From the sequence record MZ475897.1: DNA of 64,000 bases; one strand, given 5' to 3'. The first letter of the stretch is position 1. Every line of letters begins with the position of its first letter. This document shows, piece after piece, positions 37,485 through 46,370 of this stretch. Made by a program: the position numbers and the translations under genes. The notes under the pieces were generated by a model. The model did no database searches, had not been told where the DNA came from, and saw nothing but the letters and a program-made list of their open reading frames with translations.

Positions 37485-37584
37485 AGAAGGCGATAAAGAA
37501 AAGCTGCAAGAGTTCCGAGACGAACTTGAGAGCGACTGCGACGGTGAAGAGGAAGAGGACTTCGATTTCACCGATCATCAATAA
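37477..37584 (+). CDS. 35-aa acidic peptide
   Basis: MSKEGDKEKLQEF...; absent from the ORF track. Confidence 0.4.
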   Translation: MSKEGDKEKLQEFRDELESDCDGEEEEDFDFTDHQ

Positions 37585-37612
37585 TCCGTTTCATCTATAC
37601 CGAGAATAAAAT

Positions 37613-37834
37613 ATGACACACGAAACTCAAGGTATTATCTTACTGACCTGGCTGCTGGTCGGCATCTTTGTTTCACTTGCGAAGACCTTCCGTCTGCTTG
37701 GTGAATCAGACCGCAGCTACAAGAATGCACCCTTCTGGCTGTTCATCTTCAACATGTTCTTCTGTCTTATTGTATGGCCGTTCCCTGTTGTGTTTTGTTC
37801 AGCACACCAGCGACTCCTCAATCGCTTCTGGTAA
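37613..37834 (+). CDS. putative membrane protein
   Basis: Two hydrophobic segments. Confidence 0.55.
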   Translation: MTHETQGIILLTWLLVGIFVSLAKTFRLLGESDRSYKNAPFWLFIFNMFFCLIVWPFPVVFCSAHQRLLNRFW

Positions 37835-37843
37835 GGGACTACT

Positions 37844-38383
37844 GTGGAAAAGAACTCAGATAAGAAAATCATCGTGCTGGACATAGACCGTTTCGCACAA
37901 CTGTTAGCGCTTGCATCAGTCGGTGATCAGGAGCTTTGCGGCCAAACGAATCTGGAAGAGATTATACGCCATGTGCGTAAGTTCAATCCAGTGTTAAAAG
38001 CAGCGCAGGACGAAGAACAGAAGGAAGAACGCGAACGCCGTAAAGCTGCACATCGTGAGCGTGCAAAGGCCAATCGCATTCTGACTAACAGAACGGTGCA
38101 CAGTTGGCCTTATGAGTCTCGGGGCTGCGGTACGTTTGAGCAAGTACACAAGGAAGAGCCTCGTGTTTTCTATTACCTGTATGATCATGAAAAGCTGGCG
38201 TTCCCTGTTCATGTTCTCGGTCCGTCAAGCAATGCCATTGGCCTCCTCTGCGTCTCGTTCCTCACTAAAGATCATATTCATCTCGCAGGCCAATACTTTA
38301 TCCAGATTAATTGCCCTGCTCGAAGCATAGCAGAGAGACTTAAAGATATTCCTGAAGGCTACACGCTCATGGAGGTCGAATGA
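37844..38383 (+). CDS. hypothetical protein
   Basis: GTG start after AAGGGA. Confidence 0.55.
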   Translation: MEKNSDKKIIVLDIDRFAQLLALASVGDQELCGQTNLEEIIRHVRKFNPVLKAAQDEEQKEERERRKAAHRERAKANRILTNRTVHSWPYESRGCGTFEQVHKEEPRVFYYLYDHEKLAFPVHVLGPSSNAIGLLCVSFLTKDHIHLAGQYFIQINCPARSIAERLKDIPEGYTLMEVE

Positions 38384-38625
38384 TCGGCAACATGATCGTC
38401 CTAATTTTGCTAGGCTCTTTCTTGTTTGCATTCTGTGCTTATATAGCCTACAAGTTGGAGAGTAGCCACAAAGAGAAAGCAGATCAAGGTATCTATGCCT
38501 ACCGCATAGCCTTCAATATGAAACGCTATCTGTTAGCGCGGCTGCTGTGGCGAATCTCTAGCGCAGTCTATTGCGTGCTCTTTGCGTTCGCGCTTTGCTA
38601 TCTATATTTCACAGGACAACTATGA
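38380..38625 (+). CDS. putative membrane protein
   Basis: Two hydrophobic segments. Confidence 0.55.
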   Translation: MIGNMIVLILLGSFLFAFCAYIAYKLESSHKEKADQGIYAYRIAFNMKRYLLARLLWRISSAVYCVLFAFALCYLYFTGQL

Positions 38626-39020
38626 AAGCACTATCTATCAGGCAGCCTTGGGCATGGCTCATCGTTCAAGGCCACAAGAAAGTTGAGAACCGTACGTGGG
38701 ATACAAAGAAGCGCGGACGTTTCCTCATTCACGCGAGTTCTAAGCGTCCGTCCGATGATGACATGGCTGCGGCTCAAGCTATCTGTGACAAGCTGAACGT
38801 AACGCTGCCACAAAAGTCTGAGTTCGTGCTCGGTTCCATTGTAGGCTATGCGACACTTATCGGCACAGTGACTGAATCGCGTGACCCGTTCTTCTTTGGT
38901 CCTGTGGGTCACTTGCTCAAAGACTGCCGCGCTGTCGAACCTGTGCAGTTTAAAGGAGCACTCAGTTTCTTTAATACACCGTTCTGTATTGTAGGCGGTA
39001 AGCTAGTTCGCTCACGATGA
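38622..39020 (+). CDS. ASCH domain protein
   Basis: MKALSIRQPWAWLIVQGHKKVENRTW...RG..LIHAS; start moved to ATG 38622. Confidence 0.88.
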   Translation: MKALSIRQPWAWLIVQGHKKVENRTWDTKKRGRFLIHASSKRPSDDDMAAAQAICDKLNVTLPQKSEFVLGSIVGYATLIGTVTESRDPFFFGPVGHLLKDCRAVEPVQFKGALSFFNTPFCIVGGKLVRSR

Positions 39021-39244
39021 GTAGACCTATCTTGCTACATGGTTCTGGTCACTGTGCGTTTGCTCGGCAGTCAGGCATTGACGGTAAACTCGTATACTTT
39101 GTCCGTGACATAAACATCAAAGGGCACTCAGCTTTGATGGTAGGGTCCACAACGGTAGATAACGTTATCTTTCTCTACCAGTACGTTCCTAACGCAGATG
39201 ACGCAGAAGTAATCATAGCTTATAAAAACAAGGGTGGCCATTAG
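39017..39244 (+). CDS. hypothetical protein
   Basis: 75 aa coupled ORF. Confidence 0.5.
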   Translation: MSRPILLHGSGHCAFARQSGIDGKLVYFVRDINIKGHSALMVGSTTVDNVIFLYQYVPNADDAEVIIAYKNKGGH

Positions 39245-39256
39245 GCTGCCCTTTTC
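39230..39256 (+). terminator. Rho-independent terminator (variant of the 19120/36354 stem)
   Basis: AAGGGTGGC-CATTAG-GCTGCCCTTTTC. Confidence 0.7.
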
Positions 39257-39327
39257 TGTTTAATTTGCCCGTGATGAGGGTCCTACACAAGTAGGAAATT
39301 TAACTAGCAACAGCTTAAGGAACTATC

Positions 39328-40332
39328 ATGCAACTAGCATTCCCCAGAAAGAGTGACGACCATGTAAGTCTAATGCGCCGTTCGTTGAATCGTCTATATT
39401 TTTTCGATGATGCCGCACCTAAAGAGAGCATGAAAGCAGGCCACCTTAATTGGTTACAGAACCTGCCTATGTGCAAAGCTATAGGTGTCGGCAGAACTGA
39501 TAATGTTGTGAGCACAGGTCAGCTACAGGGTCAAGGTGATAATAACCGCTGGTATGTTGCTACTGGTGGCTATGTAGGTGCGGCTGATGCCTACAACTTT
39601 ATCAATATGACGTATGCTTCCTTTGGTCAAACGGACGTTGTGTCTGATACAACAACGCCTGTAAGTAACCCTACCACACAAGCAGAAGTCATAGGCTCTA
39701 CGCTGCTTCCTTCAAACAGACTGATGACAGCCTGCCAATATTCAGGCACGATCTATGTAGGCAACAATAGTGGCAGCACTGTCGGTCTAACTGTGTCTGA
39801 GATAACGCGCTGGCCTAGTGGTGGCGTACACTATAATGACACGTACACGCAAAAGCTGCGTTCGTACCGATTCTGGGTGACAAACAACACATTGACCTCA
39901 GTGGCTGGTGTTGATGGTACAGCCAGTTCAGTAGCTGCTAACGGTACGTATCAGGTATCTTCGTCCACCAGCGCTCCGTTCTTTGCGTTTGTGTCAGCGT
40001 ACTACACTCTAGTGAGATTGTCGTATAACGCGAGTGGCGAAGCAAGCGGAGGAGGAGGCACGTTTGATTACAATGGTGTGTACTCGTCGTTCTCTCGCAA
40101 CAGAACTGCGCAGCCTATATATCTGCCACGAACTGCTGCTAAAGCTGCGGTGAATATTACGTGGGCTGGAATATTTGTAAAGTACCAACAAGCTGAATCT
40201 TATTTGCTTCTGGACTCTGCTGATATACTCAACGTAAGTACCACAGAGCCAGGGCAATACGCCCAGATACAGATCGCAGACATTGAACCGCTCTTAGCTC
40301 AATGGTCACCTGCTCGCCAAATCATGTTATAA
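39328..40332 (+). CDS. virion fibre-like protein, paralog of the 57.8-62.1 kb family
   Basis: RRSLNRLYFFDD at the N-terminus; ITWAGI...STTEPGQYAQIQIADI at the C-terminus; T/S/N/G-rich. Confidence 0.55.
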   Translation: MQLAFPRKSDDHVSLMRRSLNRLYFFDDAAPKESMKAGHLNWLQNLPMCKAIGVGRTDNVVSTGQLQGQGDNNRWYVATGGYVGAADAYNFINMTYASFGQTDVVSDTTTPVSNPTTQAEVIGSTLLPSNRLMTACQYSGTIYVGNNSGSTVGLTVSEITRWPSGGVHYNDTYTQKLRSYRFWVTNNTLTSVAGVDGTASSVAANGTYQVSSSTSAPFFAFVSAYYTLVRLSYNASGEASGGGGTFDYNGVYSSFSRNRTAQPIYLPRTAAKAAVNITWAGIFVKYQQAESYLLLDSADILNVSTTEPGQYAQIQIADIEPLLAQWSPARQIML

Positions 40333-40341
40333 GGAGTCGTC

Positions 40342-40761
40342 ATGTTACCTTTTGCCCCTCGGACGTTAGTGGTTAGTATGCGCAATGGCAACAAAGAGTT
40401 TGATGTACGCATCGACCGCGAATCTATGTGGGGCAATAAGTTCTACATGAAGAACGAAAGCAAGGAAGAACGTGCGCGAGTTATCTATGAGTATGGCGTG
40501 TGGTTGTGGACTAAAATCTACAACGGAGACATTACACTAAGTCAGCTAGACGCATTATACGGTAAGCGTCTAGGCTGCTGGTGCTCACCTAAGCCTTGTC
40601 ATGGTGATGAATTGAGAAAAGCCGTAGAATGGGCACACGCTACAATCTGTAAATGGGAACGTATATCACGCACATACGCAAGGAGAAAGAAACATGGGCA
40701 CAGGCAGACCAAGAAAAGAAAAAGCGATGACAGCAGCCGAGCGTTCAAAAAAGCTGCGTAA
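40342..40761 (+). CDS. DUF4326 domain protein
   Basis: DVRIDR.S.WGNKF...LYGKRLGCWCSPKPCHGD.L. Confidence 0.85.
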   Translation: MLPFAPRTLVVSMRNGNKEFDVRIDRESMWGNKFYMKNESKEERARVIYEYGVWLWTKIYNGDITLSQLDALYGKRLGCWCSPKPCHGDELRKAVEWAHATICKWERISRTYARRKKHGHRQTKKRKSDDSSRAFKKAA

Positions 40762-40975
40762 TCGTATGGCCCCTTTGGGCAAGCGAGTTGATATTTATAT
40801 GGACGAGGAGACTCTTAAGGCGATTGACCGTGAAGTAGCTCAACGTCCTGCGCTTGTGGGCATTACGCCCGCTGTTGCACGTAGCCAGTTGCTGCGTGAG
40901 ATTCTTACAGGTCGTGAGTTCCTTGCTGACCTGACTGCATTCGAATACCACAGAGGTCAGACACGCGATGCGTAA
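40694..40975 (+). CDS. small basic DNA-binding-like protein
   Basis: GRPRK..AMTAAERSKKLR...RVDIYM pattern. Confidence 0.5.
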   Translation: MGTGRPRKEKAMTAAERSKKLRNRMAPLGKRVDIYMDEETLKAIDREVAQRPALVGITPAVARSQLLREILTGREFLADLTAFEYHRGQTRDA

Positions 40976-41519
40976 CAAAGAAAAAGTAAGACGCCGTTTC
41001 CTTTCTGCGGGTCGTTCGTTGGACGCTATCAGTTCTCAGGTGTTCACAAGCCCGTACTCGGGATTAGCCTACGGCAGCTTTAGCTTAGCTGTGGGTTCGA
41101 GTTTTGTGCATATTCACGCGCTGGATGAGAGCACTGTCCCAGAGTCTGACGTTCTGTACCTGATGAAAGTCGATGCTGTTATTCGTCACCTCAAGGACTA
41201 CATCGCGTTGTTGACTGATTGGGCTGACGGCCATGCGCGTATGTGGCTGAACCCTGAAGGCTCTGCTGCTACAGGCTGCGTCGCGTACCACCACGATGTA
41301 TCGCACCCAGAGAAGCTCGCCTTCTTTGAGCTATCGTCCTGTAGTCAGACGTTCCGTTTGCAGATGATGACCTTCACGCATAAGGAATACAAGAAGCACA
41401 TTAACCTGCTGTCCAAAATTAAGGACCATCTTATTCGCCATCGCTTTGATATGGATGACTGGATGAAGGCTATTACTGCTGAGTCTGCGCGACTCATGGA
41501 TTCTGTAAATGAACAATAA
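40968..41519 (+). CDS. hypothetical protein
   Basis: 183 aa coupled ORF. Confidence 0.55.
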   Translation: MRNKEKVRRRFLSAGRSLDAISSQVFTSPYSGLAYGSFSLAVGSSFVHIHALDESTVPESDVLYLMKVDAVIRHLKDYIALLTDWADGHARMWLNPEGSAATGCVAYHHDVSHPEKLAFFELSSCSQTFRLQMMTFTHKEYKKHINLLSKIKDHLIRHRFDMDDWMKAITAESARLMDSVNEQ

Positions 41520-41642
41520 CAACGATTGCTGCTGGTGTGCTTTCGGTATGGGTATAGTTCTCGGACTATTTATCGGCCTGTCGATTGCTGCCTTCGCTGT
41601 TAAATACGGCGTCTTCATAAAACTATAGGACAAAAGTACCTC

Positions 41643-42311
41643 ATGCTTACTAACATTGCTCGACTTGCTGCGACTAACGCACACGCAAAACAAACTCGTC
41701 GCTTCACCGGCGAACCGTACATCAACCATCCGCAAGCTGTCGTTCAATTCCTTGAGCGCTTCAACGTGGGTGAACAGATTCTCGCTGCTGCCTGGTGCCA
41801 CGATGTGTTGGAAGATTGTGGCATCTGCTACGAAGCTCTGGAACTTTGCATCGGTACGATTGCGACCGACATCGTGTTCGAAGTAACGAACAAAGAGTTC
41901 CCAGAAGGCACGCCACGCATTGAGAAATATTGGCATAACATCGAACGTCTGGTGAGGGCTTCGCATCAGGCGCAGACGCTCAAGTGCGGTGACATTTACG
42001 ATAACTGCAAAGATGTATATGAGCGTGACCAACACTACGGTGCTAAGTACATCGCAGAGAAGTATTTCCTGATTCGCATATTTGCGCGTGCTCAATCTGA
42101 TGTACGTCAGACCGTTATGCAGATGCTGCATGATCGCTATCTGTCCATGACGCCAGATGATCGCATGTACTGCTTAGAGTATATGGCGCGTCTCGATAAA
42201 GAATGTCCAGCCGACCTGCGTTCTTTGTTTGACCAGGCCCGCAAAGAAGCTGGTATTGAAAGCCTCTGCTGTGGAGAACATGATGGAGCTACCTGCATTC
42301 AAAACGCGTAA
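41643..42311 (+). CDS. HD domain hydrolase, RelA/SpoT hydrolase (Mesh1/SAH)-like
   Basis: AHAKQTR..TGEPYINHP, AAWCHDVLED, KCGDIYDN. Confidence 0.85.
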   Translation: MLTNIARLAATNAHAKQTRRFTGEPYINHPQAVVQFLERFNVGEQILAAAWCHDVLEDCGICYEALELCIGTIATDIVFEVTNKEFPEGTPRIEKYWHNIERLVRASHQAQTLKCGDIYDNCKDVYERDQHYGAKYIAEKYFLIRIFARAQSDVRQTVMQMLHDRYLSMTPDDRMYCLEYMARLDKECPADLRSLFDQARKEAGIESLCCGEHDGATCIQNA

Positions 42312-42657
42312 CGCTCTGGTTGAAAGCCTCACCATTCGTGATAAGCAAGCGTCTGCATTAGTGCGCGTGTACGAAACGAGCTGGTGGGGTTTCTGCAAAC
42401 GTGACCTGTGCGTTGCTATCAACTGTCGTAAGATAACGCGCAAGGAACTCAAGTGGTCTAGCTATGTGCGGTGGTCTGAGGGTTATCAGATTCTGCCTGT
42501 GTGCGAAGACAGCGAAGTCCTTCAGGTAGTAAACAGTGCGCTGAAAGATATGCGCCATCTTGGTTACACCAAGTATGAGCAGCTTCTGGCGTATCGTCTC
42601 CAAATTCACATGAGAAAGCACAATGCCAAAGAAAATTCTCACGCTCATTCACACTGA
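42229..42657 (+). CDS. hypothetical protein
   Basis: ORF track; true start probably MMELP near 42280. Confidence 0.45.
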   Translation: MTRPAKKLVLKASAVENMMELPAFKTRNALVESLTIRDKQASALVRVYETSWWGFCKRDLCVAINCRKITRKELKWSSYVRWSEGYQILPVCEDSEVLQVVNSALKDMRHLGYTKYEQLLAYRLQIHMRKHNAKENSHAHSH

Positions 42658-43012
42658 TGTGGAAGACCAGAAGGCGTATCTGGAAGACCGCTTTCATCGC
42701 AGCATTATGTTCATGCACACGACGACGAACCGCGACCCGTACAAACGTGAATCTAATCCGTGTACGTTCTGCATCTATAAAGTGGAAGGCGCGAATGTGT
42801 TTATCAATCTTCATGGCGACAATAAAATGCCAGAAGAGTTGGCGAGCACTCTCGGTCTGGTCAAAGTAAAAGAGTGGACGCTGATCCGCCGTCAGTCGAA
42901 CGTCTTCTTTGTAGGCCGTAGCTCAGAAGCTATCATCGCAGAGAACGTTGTACCAATGGAAATTCGTGTTGAAGGGGCGCGTGATGCTGAACGATGCTGG
43001 TCCGGACATTGA
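42623..43012 (+). CDS. hypothetical protein
   Basis: 129 aa ORF. Confidence 0.5.
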   Translation: MPKKILTLIHTDVEDQKAYLEDRFHRSIMFMHTTTNRDPYKRESNPCTFCIYKVEGANVFINLHGDNKMPEELASTLGLVKVKEWTLIRRQSNVFFVGRSSEAIIAENVVPMEIRVEGARDAERCWSGH

Positions 43013-43598
43013 GTTCGAAGCAATTGATATTGAGAAGTATTGGCAGGGTCGTGTCTATCTCGAAGCGGGTCGTCTGCAAGACGTAGAGTCCAAGCTGGAG
43101 AACGTGGCGTACACCACAGATACGATTAAGCCCTACATCGAAGCCGCGACTAAGATCGTTGCATCGAAGCGTGAGCTGCACGAGGAAGGCACTGACTTGC
43201 CTCAGGTGGAGTTGGGTGAAGGGCACACGATGAGTCCGTACTTTGTCATTGTGTTCTGTCTGATGTTCGAAGCGGAAGGCGTTATCAATGCGCAGACACG
43301 CAATGCCCTTAAGGGTTTGTCTCAGGCCGAGCGTGATAAAAAGATACGCATTGAGATTGCTGGGCATAGCAGCAAAATCGGTGTGAGTCTTCTCAAAGAG
43401 CTGGAAGCATCTATCTCTGATCGCTTTCATGACCGTCGCCCCGACTTCGCGTTTGCAGAGCTGTCCGAGCCTCGTGAGAAGAAGCCTACGTTTCGTGCTA
43501 ATGCCCATCTCAAGCAAGGTCGTGTTGGCAGACACAGCGGCAATCAGCGATTCAATGCTAAGCCGCAGCGTCAGAACTTTAAAGGTCGTGGTAGATGA
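42948..43598 (+). CDS. hypothetical protein
   Basis: ORF track; start uncertain. Confidence 0.5.
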   Translation: MYQWKFVLKGRVMLNDAGPDIEFEAIDIEKYWQGRVYLEAGRLQDVESKLENVAYTTDTIKPYIEAATKIVASKRELHEEGTDLPQVELGEGHTMSPYFVIVFCLMFEAEGVINAQTRNALKGLSQAERDKKIRIEIAGHSSKIGVSLLKELEASISDRFHDRRPDFAFAELSEPREKKPTFRANAHLKQGRVGRHSGNQRFNAKPQRQNFKGRGR

Positions 43599-43963
43599 GC
43601 AAAATCTTCTATGCTACGGAGTATATTGATAATAAGCCTGTGGCAGTTCATCGCTTTCCTGCTGTTGAGCAAGGTCGAGCACTATCTGATTACCGTTCCT
43701 TGATCTCATTGGGTGCGTTCGATAAGCGTCAGACCGAGCAGTGTCTCAAAGACTGCATGGTGCGTCGATTCTACGTGAAGAACAAACGCGACTATGAGGC
43801 AGACAAGGAGATCTTGCAGAAGTCCTCTGCGCGTCTCAATCTACCTGAGGTAGGGCTAAGCACTGTCGAACACAAAGACGTGTGGGCATTCTATAAAGCT
43901 GTCGGTTATGACTACCGTACTAAAACTCTGGGAGTGAAAGCAGATGACAAGCAACCTGTCTGA
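43595..43963 (+). CDS. hypothetical protein
   Basis: 122 aa coupled ORF. Confidence 0.55.
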   Translation: MSKIFYATEYIDNKPVAVHRFPAVEQGRALSDYRSLISLGAFDKRQTEQCLKDCMVRRFYVKNKRDYEADKEILQKSSARLNLPEVGLSTVEHKDVWAFYKAVGYDYRTKTLGVKADDKQPV

Positions 43964-44681
43964 CATTAAATTCGGTAGTCCATTGCCTGATATGGCGCAG
44001 AAGTTAGGCGAAGAAATCATCAAAGGCCGTATCGCAATCCCCAACACTCTGTGGGATTTGCATATTCAGTCTAATGTGCAGCTTCGTCCTATGACTGAGT
44101 TGGATATGGCTCTGACAAATACGCTGAACGGCTCATGGACTTACGTGCCCAAATACTTGGGTCCAGCGCGAGCAATGCGTCAGGCATATAGCTTAGGCCG
44201 AACTGTGACAAGCGATGAGCCTCGTGCAGGCTATGAATTGCTGTTGAACCAAATGACCCGTCAGGCGGAGCAGCAATTCTTCTACAAGCCGCTGGGTGTG
44301 TTGCGCGATCATCTGCTCATTGACGGTAAAATCCGTATGCCTAAACGCTGGCATGTTGAGATTGGTCCGAAGTTTGCACTGACTGTTGCCTCTTCCTCGT
44401 TTGAGTTGTTCCTCAATCAGGTAGATCACCAGGAAATGCTGCGTACCGTGTATGATATGCTATCGAGTGCGCTGGATAATAACGATCCCGCGAATGCACC
44501 ACACGTGGTGTGCTCTGATAGCTCCCGTGGTCCTACGGAGGTGCATGTGCTATCAGAGCAAGCAACTCCACCAGCAGGGTCTGTCAATATGACCAATATT
44601 TTCAGATTCCTGTTGCACCCAATCGGTCATGATCTGACGCAAGACAGACTTCAGGACTATTTGGAATCTGTAAATAACTGA
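43944..44681 (+). CDS. hypothetical protein
   Basis: 245 aa coupled ORF. Confidence 0.6.
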   Translation: MTSNLSDIKFGSPLPDMAQKLGEEIIKGRIAIPNTLWDLHIQSNVQLRPMTELDMALTNTLNGSWTYVPKYLGPARAMRQAYSLGRTVTSDEPRAGYELLLNQMTRQAEQQFFYKPLGVLRDHLLIDGKIRMPKRWHVEIGPKFALTVASSSFELFLNQVDHQEMLRTVYDMLSSALDNNDPANAPHVVCSDSSRGPTEVHVLSEQATPPAGSVNMTNIFRFLLHPIGHDLTQDRLQDYLESVNN

Positions 44682-44726
44682 TGTAAGCAAGCGCCACTCT
44701 TTTAATCTAATGTTAAGGAATAAGTA

Positions 44727-45392
44727 ATGTCTGAGAAAACTAGCGGTATCGCTAAAGCACCTAAATCTCGCAACGGTGCAATGATCTCCCAAACGTATGC
44801 AGGCGCAGAAGTTGGTTCTGCCCGTGCTCCAGGTATCAGCACTGCTGGCTCTATCGTCAATCGCATCAACAATCTGTCCAATGAAGCGTATTCTTTACGC
44901 GACACTCTGCGTCAGATTGGTGTTATCGTAGAAGTGCCCGCTAAAGGTTCTGCGGGTGAAGCTAAAGCTGCCGCGCCTTCTATGCTGCTGGACGTTATCA
45001 AAACCGAACTGGGCGACGTTGTGCGTTTCACACAGAATGTGGTGAACGAAGCCGTCCATGGTGCTGATTGCGGTCACGAAGACAAAGACTGCGGTGAGGA
45101 AGAAGATAAAGAGAACGAAGGCTCTATCCTCTCTACCGAATATGGCCGCACTATCTTCTACGCCGTTGGTCGCACTACTGATCGTCTGAGCGATATTCGT
45201 CGTCAGGTGGAAACAATCGACCGCACGTTCTTTGGCGATAAGCCGAATGACAACGTTAGCCGTGTGCAGAACAGCTCCGAATCTGTTGTTGCTTCGGTTA
45301 GCGTCCTGATCGACAACCTCGATGACACCATCGTCGCTATCCAGCGTCTGAACGGTGATCTGCGTGCTAACATTCTGGGTGAGAACGTTTAA
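44727..45392 (+). CDS. helical hypothetical protein
   Basis: AAGGA RBS; three amphipathic helical blocks each ending in Gly. Confidence 0.65.
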   Translation: MSEKTSGIAKAPKSRNGAMISQTYAGAEVGSARAPGISTAGSIVNRINNLSNEAYSLRDTLRQIGVIVEVPAKGSAGEAKAAAPSMLLDVIKTELGDVVRFTQNVVNEAVHGADCGHEDKDCGEEEDKENEGSILSTEYGRTIFYAVGRTTDRLSDIRRQVETIDRTFFGDKPNDNVSRVQNSSESVVASVSVLIDNLDDTIVAIQRLNGDLRANILGENV

Positions 45393-45394
45393 TT

Positions 45395-46312
45395 ATGATT
45401 GATTGGTCACAAGTAAACGTGAAGTGGGAAGAGGGCACTAACGGTGTTCACGTTCCCTATGTACTTGAGCGCGGCCCGAAAGGTCGTTTCGTAAAACGCT
45501 ACCTGACTGACGCTGAGCAGAACGAATACAAACGTTCGCATCATAGTGCAAGCGTATCAGCCTCATCTGATCCAGTTAATCTGAGCGCAGGTGAGGCTGG
45601 TCCTGTGGGTCCTGGTCCTTGTCCGCAGGGTCCTGCTAATGCATACGACCCAGCCCCTGAGCCTCTGTACGAAAGCGATGTTGATCTGGGTGCTGCTACA
45701 CGTCTGGCACGGCGTAGCACAACGCTGTTGCTGTCTGTGCAACGTCTATCTGCTGCGCTGTATGACTTCGGTCTGATCTACGATAACTCGTTTGCAGAGA
45801 TTATCAACCGCGCTAAATCGCTTAACCAAAATCAGGAAGCGGACTCAAGTTCGCCTACTCAGGCTGATTACAACGACACTGATTCTAACTTCCTGCGTCT
45901 GGCTGGCTTGTTAAATCACTCGTGGTATATGGATCGCGGCGCTTCTCCTGCGCGTGTTATCGGTAACTATGCTGCACCAACTCTGGTGACGTTGCAGTAT
46001 CTGCTGGGTCTGGCGCTGCCTGATTCTGATTGCTGCATCCGTGCTTCTCACGACGAGCTGATGTTCCGCACCGATGCACAGCAAGTGCCTGCGCTGGCTA
46101 ACGATCTGCTGAACGAATACAACCACATTCAGTCATGCATCACTGCGCTGTGTCAGAACCTGGCGGGCCATGATATTCCACAGTCTGGCGGCGACATGCA
46201 GTACCCACAGAATGCGTCTATCATCGAATACGTCAGCGGCGTTGATGATCTGATTAGCTATCTGGTTGAACGTGTTGATGCCCTGTCTGAGATTATCGAA
46301 GGCACGATGTAA
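45395..46312 (+). CDS. helical hypothetical protein
   Basis: 305 aa; similar helical blocks after a Pro/Gly linker. Confidence 0.65.
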   Translation: MIDWSQVNVKWEEGTNGVHVPYVLERGPKGRFVKRYLTDAEQNEYKRSHHSASVSASSDPVNLSAGEAGPVGPGPCPQGPANAYDPAPEPLYESDVDLGAATRLARRSTTLLLSVQRLSAALYDFGLIYDNSFAEIINRAKSLNQNQEADSSSPTQADYNDTDSNFLRLAGLLNHSWYMDRGASPARVIGNYAAPTLVTLQYLLGLALPDSDCCIRASHDELMFRTDAQQVPALANDLLNEYNHIQSCITALCQNLAGHDIPQSGGDMQYPQNASIIEYVSGVDDLISYLVERVDALSEIIEGTM

Positions 46313-46329
46313 CAACAGTTTGGACAAAT

Positions 46330-46367
46330 AAAAAGGGCGACTCTCAATCACGAGGGCCGCCCTTTTT
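46330..46367. terminator. bidirectional terminator at the strand switch
   Basis: AAAAAGGGCG...CGCCCTTTTT between convergent genes. Confidence 0.8.
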
Positions 46368-46370
46368 CGA

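Noticed and set aside
6051-43535. Long antisense ORFs such as 6435-7019, 32441-33103, 41331-42131 and 42933-43535
   Set aside because: They are shadows of well-supported + strand genes, with no RBS or recognisable motif
46313-46370. Replication origin at the strand switch
   Set aside because: Fully explained by a bidirectional terminator between convergent genes; no iterons or AT-rich unwinding element
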